Source: Candidatus Doudnabacteria bacterium (GTDB taxonomy: Bacteria > Patescibacteriota > Doudnabacteria > UBA920). From it: DNA of 64,000 bases. The number at the start of each line of letters is the position of its first letter. Positions within the stretch are counted from its first letter, which is position 1. The position numbers and the translations under genes are program-made. The notes beneath the pieces were generated by a model. The model was not told where the DNA came from, did no database searches, and was given only the letters and a program-made list of their open reading frames with translations. Location of the stretch: positions 138,853-202,852 of the forward strand of contig CAWINB010000004.1 in NCBI GenBank assembly GCA_963837465.1, in the 5' to 3' direction. Below are positions 1 through 10,298 of the stretch, piece after piece.

Positions 1-125
1 GCGGGCAAGCCCCTGCAATTTAATACATTAATTTAAATATTTTAGTATTAAACGAGGAAGTTCTGAGCGATTGATTAGTATAACCGAGTTTCCTAAAACG
101 GTCAATCTAGTATAAAATAAGCTTA

Positions 126-524
126 ATGGACAACAAATACAGCTTAACCCTTAACGACATCCCGGCCTTTGCCAAACAGCTTGCCCAACAACTTAAAGGC
201 GGGGAAATTTTTGCCCTTGTTGGCCCTTTGGGAGCCGGCAAAACCACGCTGGTTAAAGCCGTAGCCAAAGAGATCAAAATTAAACACCGCCTTTCCAGCC
301 CGACTTTCGCCCTGATGCACCGGTTTGAAGCCAAGCTAAAATCCGGCAAAAAAATCCTGTTTTACCATTTGGATTTGTACCGGGTAAAAAACTTTAAGGA
401 AGCCGAAGCTCTGGGTTTGCGTGAATTTTGGGGCCGGCCCGATATCATAACTTTTATAGAGTGGGGCGATAAAATTAAAAAGCATCTGCCGGCCAAAACC
501 AGGCGGATTAAATTTATAAATTGA
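126..524 (+). CDS. tsaE: tRNA threonylcarbamoyladenosine biosynthesis ATPase TsaE
   Basis: GPLGAGKTT P-loop, SSPTF, HLDLYR, IEWG motifs. Confidence 0.95.
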   Translation: MDNKYSLTLNDIPAFAKQLAQQLKGGEIFALVGPLGAGKTTLVKAVAKEIKIKHRLSSPTFALMHRFEAKLKSGKKILFYHLDLYRVKNFKEAEALGLREFWGRPDIITFIEWGDKIKKHLPAKTRRIKFIN

Positions 525-1834
525 TGGCGAAAAGAACTCTTACCATTACGGCTTTTGTTGTCTTGACGGTTTTTACCCGCGCGCCCGGGGTTTTGGCGCA
601 AAGCGCGGGAACGGCGTTTGTCCCGTTAGAGAACACGACTGCTTCTGTAAATAATGCCAAAAATAATAGCGATCAAGCCAAACAAACCAATTCTCTAACG
701 GGGTTTGCTTTTACCTTTGGGCAAAAAACTTTTCCGGTAAGCCGGGCCGCGGTGGATTCCTGGCAGGACCAAACCGGAGATTCGTCGGATGTCAACTTAA
801 GCCCCCCTCCCCAAAATCTGGTGGATAGTTTGCTGGCCGCTCTGGGACAACTGGCGCCGGCGCAGGATATTTACAGCGCATCCGGTTCCGGTTCCAATTA
901 CAGGCTGGACTTGATTTATAACTATATTCAAACTTTAGCCCCGCAAATAAACCAGCCTGACATTGAACCGGTTCTGCGGATACAAAACAACCGGGTGACG
1001 GAATTCACGCCGCCGCAGGACGGGGAAACCCTGAACACTTACATGAGCGCCTGGGACGCTTTGACGGCCCTGAATTCCGGAGCATCTTCAGCCGCGCTTT
1101 CAGTAAGCCAGACCCAGCCGCAAACGCAGCTGAGCCAGACCAATAACCTGGGCATTAACCAGTTAATCGGCGAAGGCGTTTCCAGTTTTAAAGGCTCGCC
1201 CAACAACCGCCGCCACAACATTGCCGCGGGTATTACAAAATTCCAGGGGATAATTTTGCCCCAGGGCGCGACCTTTAGTTTTGATGATGATCTCGGGCCG
1301 GTTACGGCAACGGCCGGCTTTTTACCCGAACTGGTAATTGACGATGGCAACACCCTGCCCGAACTTGGCGGCGGTTTGTGCCAGGTTTCCACCACAACTT
1401 TCAGGGCGGCCATGGCCGCCGGTCTGCCCATTACCGACCGCCGCAACCACGCCTACGCCGTGGAATATTATTCGCCGCAGGGCACGGACGCCACAATTTA
1501 TCCCGACTCGGCGGATTTAAAATTCGTCAACGACACGCCGGGCGCGATTATGATCTGGCCGTACGAAAAAGACAGTAACACTTTGGTGTTTGATTTTTAC
1601 GGAACGAACGACGGACGGCAAGTCACTCTGGAAAAGCCAGTAGTCTACGACCGCCAGGCCGATGGCGCCATGAAAGCCACCTGGACCCGCCTTGTCACCA
1701 ACGCAGCCGGAGTGACCCGCACCGACATCTTTAATTCCAACTACCAACCGCCCGCCCTGTTCCATAAAACCGAAACCTTTGTAAGCGCCACCGGCGCGCA
1801 AACCAGCGGACTGGCAATGCCAAAGGGAAATTAA
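524..1834 (+). CDS. VanW-family secreted protein
   Basis: Signal peptide; GGGLCQVSTT and DATIY..DLKFVN VanW motifs. Confidence 0.85.
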   Translation: MAKRTLTITAFVVLTVFTRAPGVLAQSAGTAFVPLENTTASVNNAKNNSDQAKQTNSLTGFAFTFGQKTFPVSRAAVDSWQDQTGDSSDVNLSPPPQNLVDSLLAALGQLAPAQDIYSASGSGSNYRLDLIYNYIQTLAPQINQPDIEPVLRIQNNRVTEFTPPQDGETLNTYMSAWDALTALNSGASSAALSVSQTQPQTQLSQTNNLGINQLIGEGVSSFKGSPNNRRHNIAAGITKFQGIILPQGATFSFDDDLGPVTATAGFLPELVIDDGNTLPELGGGLCQVSTTTFRAAMAAGLPITDRRNHAYAVEYYSPQGTDATIYPDSADLKFVNDTPGAIMIWPYEKDSNTLVFDFYGTNDGRQVTLEKPVVYDRQADGAMKATWTRLVTNAAGVTRTDIFNSNYQPPALFHKTETFVSATGAQTSGLAMPKGN

Positions 1835-1875
1835 AACTGCTTGACAATGTGGAGTTTAGTATATACAATATTGAT

Positions 1876-2175
1876 ATGACTGATCCCGAATTGCCAGAAC
1901 CCATAGCCTTTGAATGGGATGAGCATAACAGGACAAAAATTCGGCTTAGGCACAACATCACATTGGAAGAAGCCGAACAGGCTTTTTTTAACTCTCGAAA
2001 GATAATTGTTGACCAAAAACACAGCGCCGCGGAACAGAGATATCAATTATTGGGAATTAATAATGCGGACAAAATTTTATTCATTGTTTTTACTATTCGG
2101 CAGCGAAAAATCAGGATAATTTCGGCACGCAACGCCAGTAAAAAAGAAAGGGGCGGTTATGGCAAAAAAACTTAA
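1876..2175 (+). CDS. brnT: BrnT-family toxin
   Basis: FEWDEHN...H...EAEQAF...IRIISARNASKKER. Confidence 0.9.
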   Translation: MTDPELPEPIAFEWDEHNRTKIRLRHNITLEEAEQAFFNSRKIIVDQKHSAAEQRYQLLGINNADKILFIVFTIRQRKIRIISARNASKKERGGYGKKT

Positions 2176-2437
2176 AAAAATCCCAAAATTTAAAAACGAA
2201 GACGAAGAGGCGGAATTTTGGAACACTCACGACTCTACGGCTTATTTTGACTGGTCAAAAGCGCAAAATGTAATTTTTCCCAACCTCAAACCCACCTCAA
2301 CTTCCATCTCCATAAGGATACCCAACTACCTGTTGGCCCGGCTAAAACAACGCGCCAACTCGCTGAACATCCCCTACCAAACCTTAATGAAACAATCCAT
2401 AGCCAAAGAAGTCGCCAAAAAACCTTACGAGGCTTAA
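2159..2437 (+). CDS. BrnA/CopG-like antitoxin
   Basis: IPKFKNEDEEAEFW, RHH-like ISIRIP...IPYQTLMK; overlaps toxin. Confidence 0.85.
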   Translation: MAKKLKKIPKFKNEDEEAEFWNTHDSTAYFDWSKAQNVIFPNLKPTSTSISIRIPNYLLARLKQRANSLNIPYQTLMKQSIAKEVAKKPYEA

Positions 2438-2446
2438 TCAATTAAA

Positions 2447-2470
2447 CAGCCGCTGCAATTGCAGCGGCTG
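2447..2470. terminator. Hairpin terminator between convergent genes
   Basis: cagccgctgcaattgcagcggctg palindrome. Confidence 0.7.
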
Positions 2471-2486
2471 ATGTTTTATCTGTCAA

Positions 2487-2888
2487 TTATTTTGCGAAGG
2501 GCCCATTGGATTGTCCGTTATCTGCCACAATATTTGCCAAATTAAAACTATTTTCCGTTCCCAAATAATCCACCAAAACTTTCTTGCCAACAAGCTGGCT
2601 GAAATCCTTTTGGGTTTTTATGTAGAGTCTATCGGGCTGGGTGGCGGACTTTGCGCCGGGCTGATTTACCAGCATCAAATTACCCTTGGCCAAATCATCG
2701 GAAACTTCCAAAGTCCCGCTATAAACAGGCAAATTTGGGGAAGTTACCGAAGGTAATTTGGCCTGGAGATTCATGCTTGTGCCGGATACCGACGAAGAAA
2801 CCGGCGCTTGGCTTGAACTACTGCCCTGTTTGCCGCACCCGGCGGCCAGCAAAGCGACAACCGGAAACGCAAATAGGAGTTTTTTCAT
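2487..2888 (-). CDS. Lipoprotein, hypothetical
   Basis: Lipobox MKKLLFAFPVVALLAAGC; start set at internal Met. Confidence 0.8.
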   Translation of the reverse strand: MKKLLFAFPVVALLAAGCGKQGSSSSQAPVSSSVSGTSMNLQAKLPSVTSPNLPVYSGTLEVSDDLAKGNLMLVNQPGAKSATQPDRLYIKTQKDFSQLVGKKVLVDYLGTENSFNLANIVADNGQSNGPFAK

Positions 2889-2898
2889 AAAATATTTA

Positions 2899-3717
2899 CT
2901 ATTGAACCATATTAAAGAAGCCAGAAGTAGCTTGAGCAGTTCCATCGACTTCATTGATTGAAATTTTAAAAGTTTGCCCTGAAGGATTTAAAATACTTGT
3001 TCCATTAGGGTACATTTGGTTTTGTATCGTCCAAGAATAAGAACCCTGCGAAGCGGGCACACCGCCAATAGGAGTAATAGGTTCAGATGCCTCTTGTGCG
3101 CCATTGCTATTGTAGTAAGCAAGAGTAATATAAACATCTTTTACATCAGTTGAAGTCCATGTGATGTTATGTGTTTCGCCAATACGCCAGGTCTCTCCTC
3201 CAATAGGCGAAGTAATATTTATAGCAGATGTCGCTGACGTCTTGATGTTTATAGGTATGGATTTTGTTGCATAATTACCCTTATCATCTTTTACGATGAA
3301 ATTGACAGTGTAATTTAGACTGCGTTGATAAGAATGAGAAATAGTTGGGCTTTGGCTAGTAGCGAACTTCAATAACAACTTAGAGCAGTCAGTTCCGGGA
3401 GGGCCGCCACAACCAATTCCCTCGTCCCCAAAAATCGCACCATAGGATAGATTGCTGTTTACTGAATCACTTGCGTTAATTGTCCATGTTCCAGTTTGTC
3501 CTACGACTAAAGTTGTTGGTCCGGAAACACTATTTATTGTAAGCTCGGGGTTGGGTGTGGACGTGGCAGGTGATGTGGGCATCGGACCAGGTTGGGTTGG
3601 GAGTGTCTTTTGAACTACTGGGGCTTGAACGGGGGTTGAACCAGAGGCCTGCTGTGAGGAGTTACATCCAGCGGCTAATAAAGCGACAATAGGAAACGCG
3701 AATAATAGTTTTTTCAT
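2899..3717 (-). CDS. Lipoprotein with PKD/Ig-like and Ser/Thr-rich beta domains
   Basis: Lipobox LLAAGC, Pro/Thr linker, ITSPIGGETW..G.T..ITW motif. Confidence 0.8.
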   Translation of the reverse strand: MKKLLFAFPIVALLAAGCNSSQQASGSTPVQAPVVQKTLPTQPGPMPTSPATSTPNPELTINSVSGPTTLVVGQTGTWTINASDSVNSNLSYGAIFGDEGIGCGGPPGTDCSKLLLKFATSQSPTISHSYQRSLNYTVNFIVKDDKGNYATKSIPINIKTSATSAINITSPIGGETWRIGETHNITWTSTDVKDVYITLAYYNSNGAQEASEPITPIGGVPASQGSYSWTIQNQMYPNGTSILNPSGQTFKISINEVDGTAQATSGFFNMVQ

Positions 3718-3844
3718 GGATTGTTGATAATTAAGGATAGTAAGGATAGTATAATCCTTTTTATTTTAAATTACCACTAAACATTTTTTAATTCGCAAAT
3801 AGCCCTAAAATGTAGTAAAATGGCATATATAAACAAGTTCCAAA

Positions 3845-4897
3845 ATGATTAAATCAAACAATCAAAATCAGGATATTCCTCCGGCCGCGGCCGAAACCGT
3901 TGATGAAGATGAAGTTATTATAGAGCAGAGCCTGCGGCCGGATTTGCTGGATGAGTATATTGGGCAGGACGCGGTTAAGAAGAATTTGCAGATTATTATG
4001 CAGGCGGCCAAGGGGCGCGGGGAAATTTTGGAGCATCTGCTATTTTACGGCCCGCCGGGTTTGGGCAAAACCACTCTGGCTTTTATTGTGGCCAAAGAGA
4101 TGGGCGGCAGTATTAAGGTTACATCCGGGCCAGCAATAGAACGGGCCGGCGATTTGGCATCGCTTTTGACCAACTTAAGCGAAGGCGATGTGTTATTTAT
4201 AGACGAAATCCACCGCCTTAACAAAGCCGTGGAAGAAGTTTTGTATCCTGCAATGGAAGATGGTGTTCTGGATATTGTTTTGGGCAAAGGGCCGGGCGCC
4301 CGTTCAATAAGAATGGACTTGCCAAAGTTCACTCTAATTGGCGCCACAACCAGAGTAGGTATGATTTCCAGCCCTTTGCGCGACCGCTTTGGCGCCACTT
4401 ACCGGCTGGAGTATTATCCAGAAGAGGATTTGGAAAAGATTATTATCCGCAGCGGGGAAATTTTAAAAACTGTATTGGATAACCAAGCAGCCGGCGAACT
4501 GTCCCGCCGCAGCCGTTTTACGCCGCGTATTGCCAACCGCCTGCTTAAGCGCGTACGCGATTTTGCCCAAGTCCACGGCCATGATATAATTAATTTAGAT
4601 ATAGCCAAAAAGGCTTTGGAACTGCTGGAAATAGACGCCCAGGGCCTGGATAAAAACGACCGCCGCATTCTGGAAACACTAATCCATAAATTTTCCGGCG
4701 GACCGGTGGGCTTAAACACTTTAGCCGCGGCCACCAGCGAAGAAGAAGATACAATTACGGACGTCCACGAACCGTTTTTAATCCGCCTCGGGCTTTTAAC
4801 CAAAACCCCCAAAGGCCGGGTAGCCACGGAAGCCGCGTATCGGCATTTAGGAATTAATGTTCAGAGCTCAGATAATAAACAAAAAACCCTTCTGTAA
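3845..4897 (+). CDS. ruvB: Holliday junction branch migration helicase RuvB
   Basis: [28 protein letters not shown]. Confidence 0.98.
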   Translation: MIKSNNQNQDIPPAAAETVDEDEVIIEQSLRPDLLDEYIGQDAVKKNLQIIMQAAKGRGEILEHLLFYGPPGLGKTTLAFIVAKEMGGSIKVTSGPAIERAGDLASLLTNLSEGDVLFIDEIHRLNKAVEEVLYPAMEDGVLDIVLGKGPGARSIRMDLPKFTLIGATTRVGMISSPLRDRFGATYRLEYYPEEDLEKIIIRSGEILKTVLDNQAAGELSRRSRFTPRIANRLLKRVRDFAQVHGHDIINLDIAKKALELLEIDAQGLDKNDRRILETLIHKFSGGPVGLNTLAAATSEEEDTITDVHEPFLIRLGLLTKTPKGRVATEAAYRHLGINVQSSDNKQKTLL

Positions 4898-5001
4898 TTT
4901 CAAATTCCAAATATCAAATTTCCAATAAAATCCCAATGCTTAAAGTTTAAAACCCTGGCATCCGACATTCATTTTAAATTTTTAATTTGATATTTGAAAT
5001 T
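4896..5001. repeat. Degenerate heptamer arrays in inverted arrangement
   Basis: aatttcaaattccaaatatcaaatt ... aatttgatatttgaaatt. Confidence 0.6.
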
Positions 5002-5008
5002 AATTTTT

Positions 5009-5221
5009 ATGGATCCCTCAACCCCAGCCAACCTGCTTATTTCCGGCATCTATTACATCTTAACCGGACTGACAACTTTTTTTTCCATGTTTGGCGTTTA
5101 TATTTTGATCCGCTACGGCAGGACCAAATCCCTGGCTTTTTCCATTGCCATAATTTACGCCATATTTTTTTTAAAAATCCTGGCCGAAAGCTACGGAACA
5201 CTTCACGCATTGGTGTCCTAA
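5009..5221 (+). CDS. Small two-TM membrane protein
   Basis: Hydrophobic 70-aa ORF from MDPSTP. Confidence 0.65.
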   Translation: MDPSTPANLLISGIYYILTGLTTFFSMFGVYILIRYGRTKSLAFSIAIIYAIFFLKILAESYGTLHALVS

Positions 5222-5268
5222 ATTTTTGTCATTTTTATTATTTTTGCTCATTTTTGTCATTACTCTCT

Positions 5269-5817
5269 ATGCCCGAAAAACTTTTTCCAAGCCAGATGGA
5301 CAACGAGCAAATTTACCTCGTAGTGCGCGAGCACTGGGTACATTTGACGCTCAAACTTTTGGCTTGGGCCTTTTTCGCGGCTATACTGGTAATTTTTGAA
5401 CGCTGGGCCAATGCCAGCCTTCCGTCTCTGTTCCTGGGTACCTGGGGCGAAATCACTTTACTGTTTACGCAAATCTATACCCTGCTTTTGGTCATGGCGC
5501 TGTTTTTAATTATCGTTTTTCATTACCTGAATATTCAGGCCATCACCAATATTCGAGTGGTGGATATTACCCAGGAAGGCTTGTTTTCCCACACCATTTC
5601 CGAACTGCATATAGATAAAATAGAAGATGCCACCAGCCAGAGCAACGGGATTTTGGGCACGATTTTTGACTACGGCGATGTTTACGTGCAAACCGCGGGC
5701 ACGGCCGAACGCTTTGATTTTCACAACGTGCCCAACCCCGCCGGCATAGAAAAACTGGTACTGGATTTATACGAAAAAAATTCCAACGCCGCCAAGAACG
5801 CCGGCGCGGGAGCGTAA
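5269..5817 (+). CDS. Membrane protein with bacterial PH domain
   Basis: Two TM then ITNIRVVDITQ.GLF...GTIFDYGDVYVQTAG. Confidence 0.85.
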   Translation: MPEKLFPSQMDNEQIYLVVREHWVHLTLKLLAWAFFAAILVIFERWANASLPSLFLGTWGEITLLFTQIYTLLLVMALFLIIVFHYLNIQAITNIRVVDITQEGLFSHTISELHIDKIEDATSQSNGILGTIFDYGDVYVQTAGTAERFDFHNVPNPAGIEKLVLDLYEKNSNAAKNAGAGA

Positions 5818-5847
5818 AATCCAGACAATTGACAATTAAGGTTAATC

Positions 5848-5883
5848 ATTTCCGCCAGAGGCGGATCCGCCTCTGGCGGAAAT
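5848..5883. repeat. Perfect 36-bp palindrome (REP-like)
   Basis: atttccgccagaggcggatccgcctctggcggaaat; near-copy at 43114-43143. Confidence 0.85.
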
Positions 5884-5893
5884 CGTCAATCAT

Positions 5894-6328
5894 ATGAAAG
5901 TAGTAGCCATATCCGGAGGATTCGATCCTGTACATATAGGTCATGTGGAAATGATGAAGGAAGCCAAAGAACTTGGCGACAGACTGGTCGTGATTATAAA
6001 TAACGACAATTGGCTTACGCTAAAAAAAGGGTTCGTTTTTATGCCGGAGCAAGAGCGGGCCGAAATAATTAAAGCAATAAGGTACGTGGATGATGTAATA
6101 ATCACCAAGCACGAACCGGGCACCAAAGATATCTCTATTTGCAGAGAGTTGGAAGAGTTGAAACCCGACATCTTCGCCAACGGCGGCGACCGAAAGCCGG
6201 ACGGCGACCCTATCCCCGAAGTGGAGCTTTGCCAACGCTTAGGCATAGAGCTGGTTTACAACGTCGGCCACAGCGGCAAAATCCAAAGCTCCAGCGAACT
6301 GGTAAAAAAAGCCGCGAAAATGAAATAA
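5894..6328 (+). CDS. Cytidylyltransferase family protein (TagD/RfaE-like)
   Basis: SGGFDPVHIGH (HxGH), ANGGDR, QSSS. Confidence 0.9.
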   Translation: MKVVAISGGFDPVHIGHVEMMKEAKELGDRLVVIINNDNWLTLKKGFVFMPEQERAEIIKAIRYVDDVIITKHEPGTKDISICRELEELKPDIFANGGDRKPDGDPIPEVELCQRLGIELVYNVGHSGKIQSSSELVKKAAKMK

Positions 6329-6424
6329 CAGGCTTGTTAAGTTAAAATACCCTTATGTTTAAGGGTATTTTTGTTAGAAAATTTAACTATTGACAAACCA
6401 TATGCTTTGTAGTAATATATTTAT

Positions 6425-6586
6425 GGGCCTGTTGCCAAATGGGCTTTTGAGGTAAAAATTAAGAATTTTGAGGCAGTCGGTCAAAACAAATTTTGACGTT
6501 TAACTTTTAGTTAAGCTGATAAATTTTTTTGGTCGAATGACCAAAATTATGAATTTTTAACCAAAATGACATTTGGCAACAGGCCC
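6425..6586. mobile_element. 162-bp MITE-like long hairpin, family A copy 1
   Basis: 17-bp terminal IR gggcctgttgccaaatg/catttggcaacaggccc; internal core shared with 6855-7016. Confidence 0.7.
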
Positions 6587-6591
6587 TTTAT

Positions 6592-6860
6592 ATGAAACCT
6601 TTTGCTTGGGACCAAAATAAAAACAATCTGCTTAAAACCACAAGAGGGGTAGGTTTTGAAGATGTCAGGACAGCGATTTTAGATAAAAAGGTTCTTGATG
6701 ACTTCCCTAATCCCCACCCCGGCAGATACCCGGGCCAGAGAATGACCGTAGTAGAAATTAATAACTACGCCTATTTAATCCCTTATGTTGAAAACGAGAA
6801 TATAATTTTTTTAAAACAATAATCCCGAGCGGGAAAGCCACTAAAAAATATCTAAGAAGA
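6592..6860 (+). pseudogene. brnT: BrnT-family toxin with 1-nt frameshift near C-terminus
   Basis: FAWDQNKN..LK..RGVGFED; conserved tail TIIPSGKATKKYL is in another frame after A4 run at ~6813. Confidence 0.75.
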
Positions 6861-7016
6861 TGTTTAAAAAGTGCTTTGAAGGCGAAATTTCAGAATTTTG
6901 AGTGGATTGGCAGAAATAATTTTTGACGTTTAGCCTAAAGCTAAGCGGATAAAATTTTTCTGACAAGACGCCAAAATTATGAAATTGCGGCCCAAATGAC
7001 TTTTTAAACAGCTTCT
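6855..7016. mobile_element. 162-bp MITE-like long hairpin, family A copy 2
   Basis: Terminal IR agaagatgtttaaaaagt/actttttaaacagcttct; same length and core as copy 1. Confidence 0.7.
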
Positions 7017-7035
7017 AAGGAAAGGAGAATAATAT

Positions 7036-7407
7036 ATGGATCCTAAATACAAAAAAACTGATTTCGGTTACGAACTCGACGACTACGAAGCGGAGCTTGA
7101 GGAAGCTTTTGACAAAGGCGAGTTTAAACGTGCGCCCGATTTTGAGGAACAGAAAAGAAAGCTCATGGCTGCGGCCAGGGCAACTATGGAAAAAACAAAA
7201 AATATCAACATTCGCATTTCACAAGGCGATCTTTTTGATATCCAAGACAAAGCAAGGGAGCAGGGCATCCCTTACCAAACCCTAATATCTTCACTCATCC
7301 ACCAATATTCCAGAAATAAAATAGACTATAACGTTTTAAGGGAACCCGGCAAACCCTACCGGACTTTTACCCCAAAACCGGCCAAAACCAAAAAGAGCGG
7401 CAAATAG
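7036..7407 (+). CDS. CopG/BrnA-like antitoxin
   Basis: KNINIRIS..DL..IQ.KA...GIPYQTLISSLIHQY; SD aaggag. Confidence 0.85.
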   Translation: MDPKYKKTDFGYELDDYEAELEEAFDKGEFKRAPDFEEQKRKLMAAARATMEKTKNINIRISQGDLFDIQDKAREQGIPYQTLISSLIHQYSRNKIDYNVLREPGKPYRTFTPKPAKTKKSGK

Positions 7408-7421
7408 CCGCTCTTTTTGAT

Positions 7422-7450
7422 TTGACTTAATTTTCGCAAAGCTGTACTTT
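7422..7450 (+). promoter_or_regulatory. sigma70-type promoter
   Basis: TTGACT-17-TACTTT. Confidence 0.6.
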
Positions 7451-7461
7451 TAAGTAAAGTT

Positions 7462-7533
7462 ATGTCCTCAATTAAGTTAAGATATAAATTCATCAGCTCC
7501 GTGTGGTGGAACCTGCGCCTTTCGCAAAGCTGA
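7462..7533 (+). CDS. Putative leader peptide MSSIKLRYKFISSVWWNLRLSQS
   Basis: 23-aa ORF right after promoter, tandem TGG TGG, followed by intrinsic terminator. Confidence 0.5.
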   Translation: MSSIKLRYKFISSVWWNLRLSQS

Positions 7534-7563
7534 TTTGAACGTGTCTAAATTTTAAGATTTAGC

Positions 7564-7597
7564 GCCTTCTGCTGCTTCGCGGAAGGCTTTTTTGTTT
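7564..7597 (+). terminator. Intrinsic terminator/attenuator
   Basis: gccttctgc-tgcttc-gcggaaggc followed by T-tract. Confidence 0.75.
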
Positions 7598-7706
7598 GTG
7601 CTGACGACTGGCGCAAGCTCTTTTGGGCATGCTGTGGTGGCCAGCACGGACAAGAAATTACATACGGCAAAGGGTGCTGGCTTTGCCAAACCAAGGAGGT
7701 TTTAAA

Positions 7707-8150
7707 ATGACGCATTTAAGCTTAAGTTTTGCCAGCGCCAAGGTTACTGGCGATGGCAGGATTACAGAGCAACTCAAATTTCCACAACACGGCTACCCGG
7801 ACACGACAGCTTGGTATTTTAAAAAGGGTGTCGTACAAATACCAATCCGCTATAAGCCCAAAGGCTTTACGGGAATAAGGCTGTCCTTTCACCGAACCGA
7901 GGTGGAATACATAAACCAGCAAAGCCAGGGAGCTTTCTTGGAACTTTGCGCCGATGGCCGGGATGACTGTTTTGTACAATTGGTCAACAAGCAAGAAGCG
8001 ATAACGGCCCTCCAAGCTTTGATTTCAAAGCTTCCCGAACGCATCGATAACTGGTTTTTCCTCTGGAAGCTGGAAGTACTGGTGGGTTACTGTATTTCCG
8101 CACTCGCCAAGCATAGGAGTCAAGCCATCCTGTTGGTTAGTCACGGATAA
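7707..8150 (+). CDS. Hypothetical protein (orphan, SD-led)
   Basis: aaggagg 6 nt before ATG; followed by terminator 8161-8188. Confidence 0.7.
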   Translation: MTHLSLSFASAKVTGDGRITEQLKFPQHGYPDTTAWYFKKGVVQIPIRYKPKGFTGIRLSFHRTEVEYINQQSQGAFLELCADGRDDCFVQLVNKQEAITALQALISKLPERIDNWFFLWKLEVLVGYCISALAKHRSQAILLVSHG

Positions 8151-8213
8151 GCGAAAAATAAAAGCCCTTGGGTGAAACCAAGGGCTTTGTTTTAATTTAT
8201 TGTGTTGTTTTAG

Positions 8214-10142
8214 TTACAACGTCTTCTGCTTTATTTTTTCCTCAAAACTTTCTAAGACGTCCCCTGCTAAAATTTTAACGGAAGTTTTTAGTTTGATTCC
8301 GAATTCTTCCCCGGGGTTAACACTTTTGGAAGCGACTTTGCTTTGCTGAAGTTCCAGGATTTCGCCGCGGCCCAGTTCTGCGCCTTCGCGGAAGACCATT
8401 ATCTGGCTTTGGCGTTTTAGTTCGCCCTGCTCCACGCGGCCGCCGATTATCATTTGGCCTTTTTCGGTGCGGAAAATTGCCAGGACCTTGGCCGTGCCAA
8501 AGGCAATTTTCTCCAGCTCGGGGGTGAACATTTTTATAACGGCGGAAGTTATATCTTCTATCAACTCGTAAATAACTTCGTAGCTGTCTATAATTACGTT
8601 TTTTTGCTTGGCCAGGTTTACGGCCTTGGAGTTGACTTTGCTGTGGAAGCCAATAATAACGGCTTTGGAGTTGGAGGCCAAAAGCACGTCGCTCTCGTTA
8701 ATTTCGCCCACGCCCTCGGCTAAAATGGAAATTTTTACTTCATCATTTTTTAACTTGGCGATGGATTGTTTAATAGCTTCCAAAGATCCGGCGGCATCTG
8801 TTTTGATGATTAAATTCAGGGTCTTGTTCTGCAAATCGCCCACAATTGCCTGTTTGCCGGCCATTTTATGGCTCTGGTTTTTGCGCTGAGCCGAAAGCGC
8901 GATGCTTTTGGCCTGGTCAAGCGTTTCCACGGTTTGCAAAATATCGCCGGCTTGCGGGACTTCCGAAAAACCGGAAATTTGCGCCGGCTGCGAAGGCATG
9001 ACTTGCTTTAACTTACGCCCGGTTTCATCTTCCAAACTGCGCACTCGGCCAAAGGCCGCGCCGGCTGCTATGATATCGCCAACTTTAAGGCTACCGTTCT
9101 GTACTATTACGGTTGAGGTGGCGCCTTTGCCCTGGCTGATTTTGCTTTCTACGATAGTACCCACGGTTTTACCTGTAGGATTTGCGCGGAAGTTTTCAAT
9201 TTCCGCCGTCAGCAAAATCATTTCCAGCAAATTGTCTATGCCAATATTCTGCTTGGCGGAAATTTCCACAGCAATAGTTTTGCCGCCCCATTCTTCGGTC
9301 AATACTCCCTGCCCGGCCAGCTCCTGCTTAACTTTAATTATATTGGCCTCGGGTTTATCTACTTTATTAATGGCCACAAGCATGGGCGTGTTGGTAAATT
9401 TGGCGCGGTTGATGACTTCCAGGGTCTGCGGCCTGACGCCGTCGTCGGCGGCTACGACCAGGACAATTAAATCCGTAACGTTGGCCCCACGGGCGCGCAT
9501 TTCCGAAAAAGCTTCGTGTCCCGGAGTATCCAAAAATGTAATAAATTTGCCGTTCTTTTTTACCTGGTAGGCTCCAATGTGCTGGGTAATGCCACCGCTT
9601 TCGCCTTCGGCGACTTTGGTTTTGCGGATGGTGTCCAGTAGCGTGGTCTTGCCGTGGTCAACATGGCCCATAATGGCAACTATGGGCGGCCGGGGTTTTA
9701 AATTGTCCTCTTTTTCATCTTTCAATACCTGCTGCAAAAATCCCAAACCATACTCCGTTTGCGCCGTGTCGGCTTCGACCTCCACTTCAAACCCCAAATC
9801 CTGGGCCACAATGCTGGCAGTGTCAAAATCCACTTCCTGGTTGATGCTGGCCATAACCCCGTTGCCGATTAAACTTTTAATGACTGTGGTAACCGGCAAG
9901 CTTAAGACTACCGCGAAATCCCGGACTTTAATAAACCCCGGCAGTTTAACTTTTTTCTTTTCTACTGGTCCGGCGGGTTTTGCCGCGACCGGTTTTGGCG
10001 CCAAAGCTTCGGTGATTTTTCTGGCCAAAAAATTGTCCACCTTGTTGGCCCTGGGCGAAATAAAAAAACCTTTCTCCCTGGCCCTGGCCCGGAGATCCTG
10101 CACCGACATATTCAATTCGGAAGATAGAGAAGAAAGATTCAT
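8214..10142 (-). CDS. infB: Translation initiation factor IF-2
   Basis: [31 protein letters not shown]. Confidence 0.98.
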   Translation of the reverse strand: MNLSSLSSELNMSVQDLRARAREKGFFISPRANKVDNFLARKITEALAPKPVAAKPAGPVEKKKVKLPGFIKVRDFAVVLSLPVTTVIKSLIGNGVMASINQEVDFDTASIVAQDLGFEVEVEADTAQTEYGLGFLQQVLKDEKEDNLKPRPPIVAIMGHVDHGKTTLLDTIRKTKVAEGESGGITQHIGAYQVKKNGKFITFLDTPGHEAFSEMRARGANVTDLIVLVVAADDGVRPQTLEVINRAKFTNTPMLVAINKVDKPEANIIKVKQELAGQGVLTEEWGGKTIAVEISAKQNIGIDNLLEMILLTAEIENFRANPTGKTVGTIVESKISQGKGATSTVIVQNGSLKVGDIIAAGAAFGRVRSLEDETGRKLKQVMPSQPAQISGFSEVPQAGDILQTVETLDQAKSIALSAQRKNQSHKMAGKQAIVGDLQNKTLNLIIKTDAAGSLEAIKQSIAKLKNDEVKISILAEGVGEINESDVLLASNSKAVIIGFHSKVNSKAVNLAKQKNVIIDSYEVIYELIEDITSAVIKMFTPELEKIAFGTAKVLAIFRTEKGQMIIGGRVEQGELKRQSQIMVFREGAELGRGEILELQQSKVASKSVNPGEEFGIKLKTSVKILAGDVLESFEEKIKQKTL

Positions 10143-10298
10143 TTTTTTATAAAAACTGTTTACCTGATTATTTCGTAACCAAAATCGCCTTTAAACAGGA
10201 CGTTTACGATTAAGTATAGGCTATTTTGCCCAATAAATCAAGGATTTTTGGGACAAAGTAGCCTTAAAATGTGTTATAATTACAACATAAAGTTTTGC

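Noticed and set aside
4987-5268. N-terminal extension of the PH-domain ORF (similar extensions on dnaA, rbfA, jag, pilin)
   Set aside because: The extensions run through another gene or repeat DNA; internal ATGs match the family N-termini.
6425-7016. Classical integron attC sites
   Set aside because: They lack RYYYAAC/GTTRRRY ends, are longer than typical attC, and no integrase is nearby.
8902-10152. Long antisense ORFs (also opposite PBP1A, dnaK, dnaJ, rpsA)
   Set aside because: Shadow ORFs of well-conserved genes, with no independent signals.
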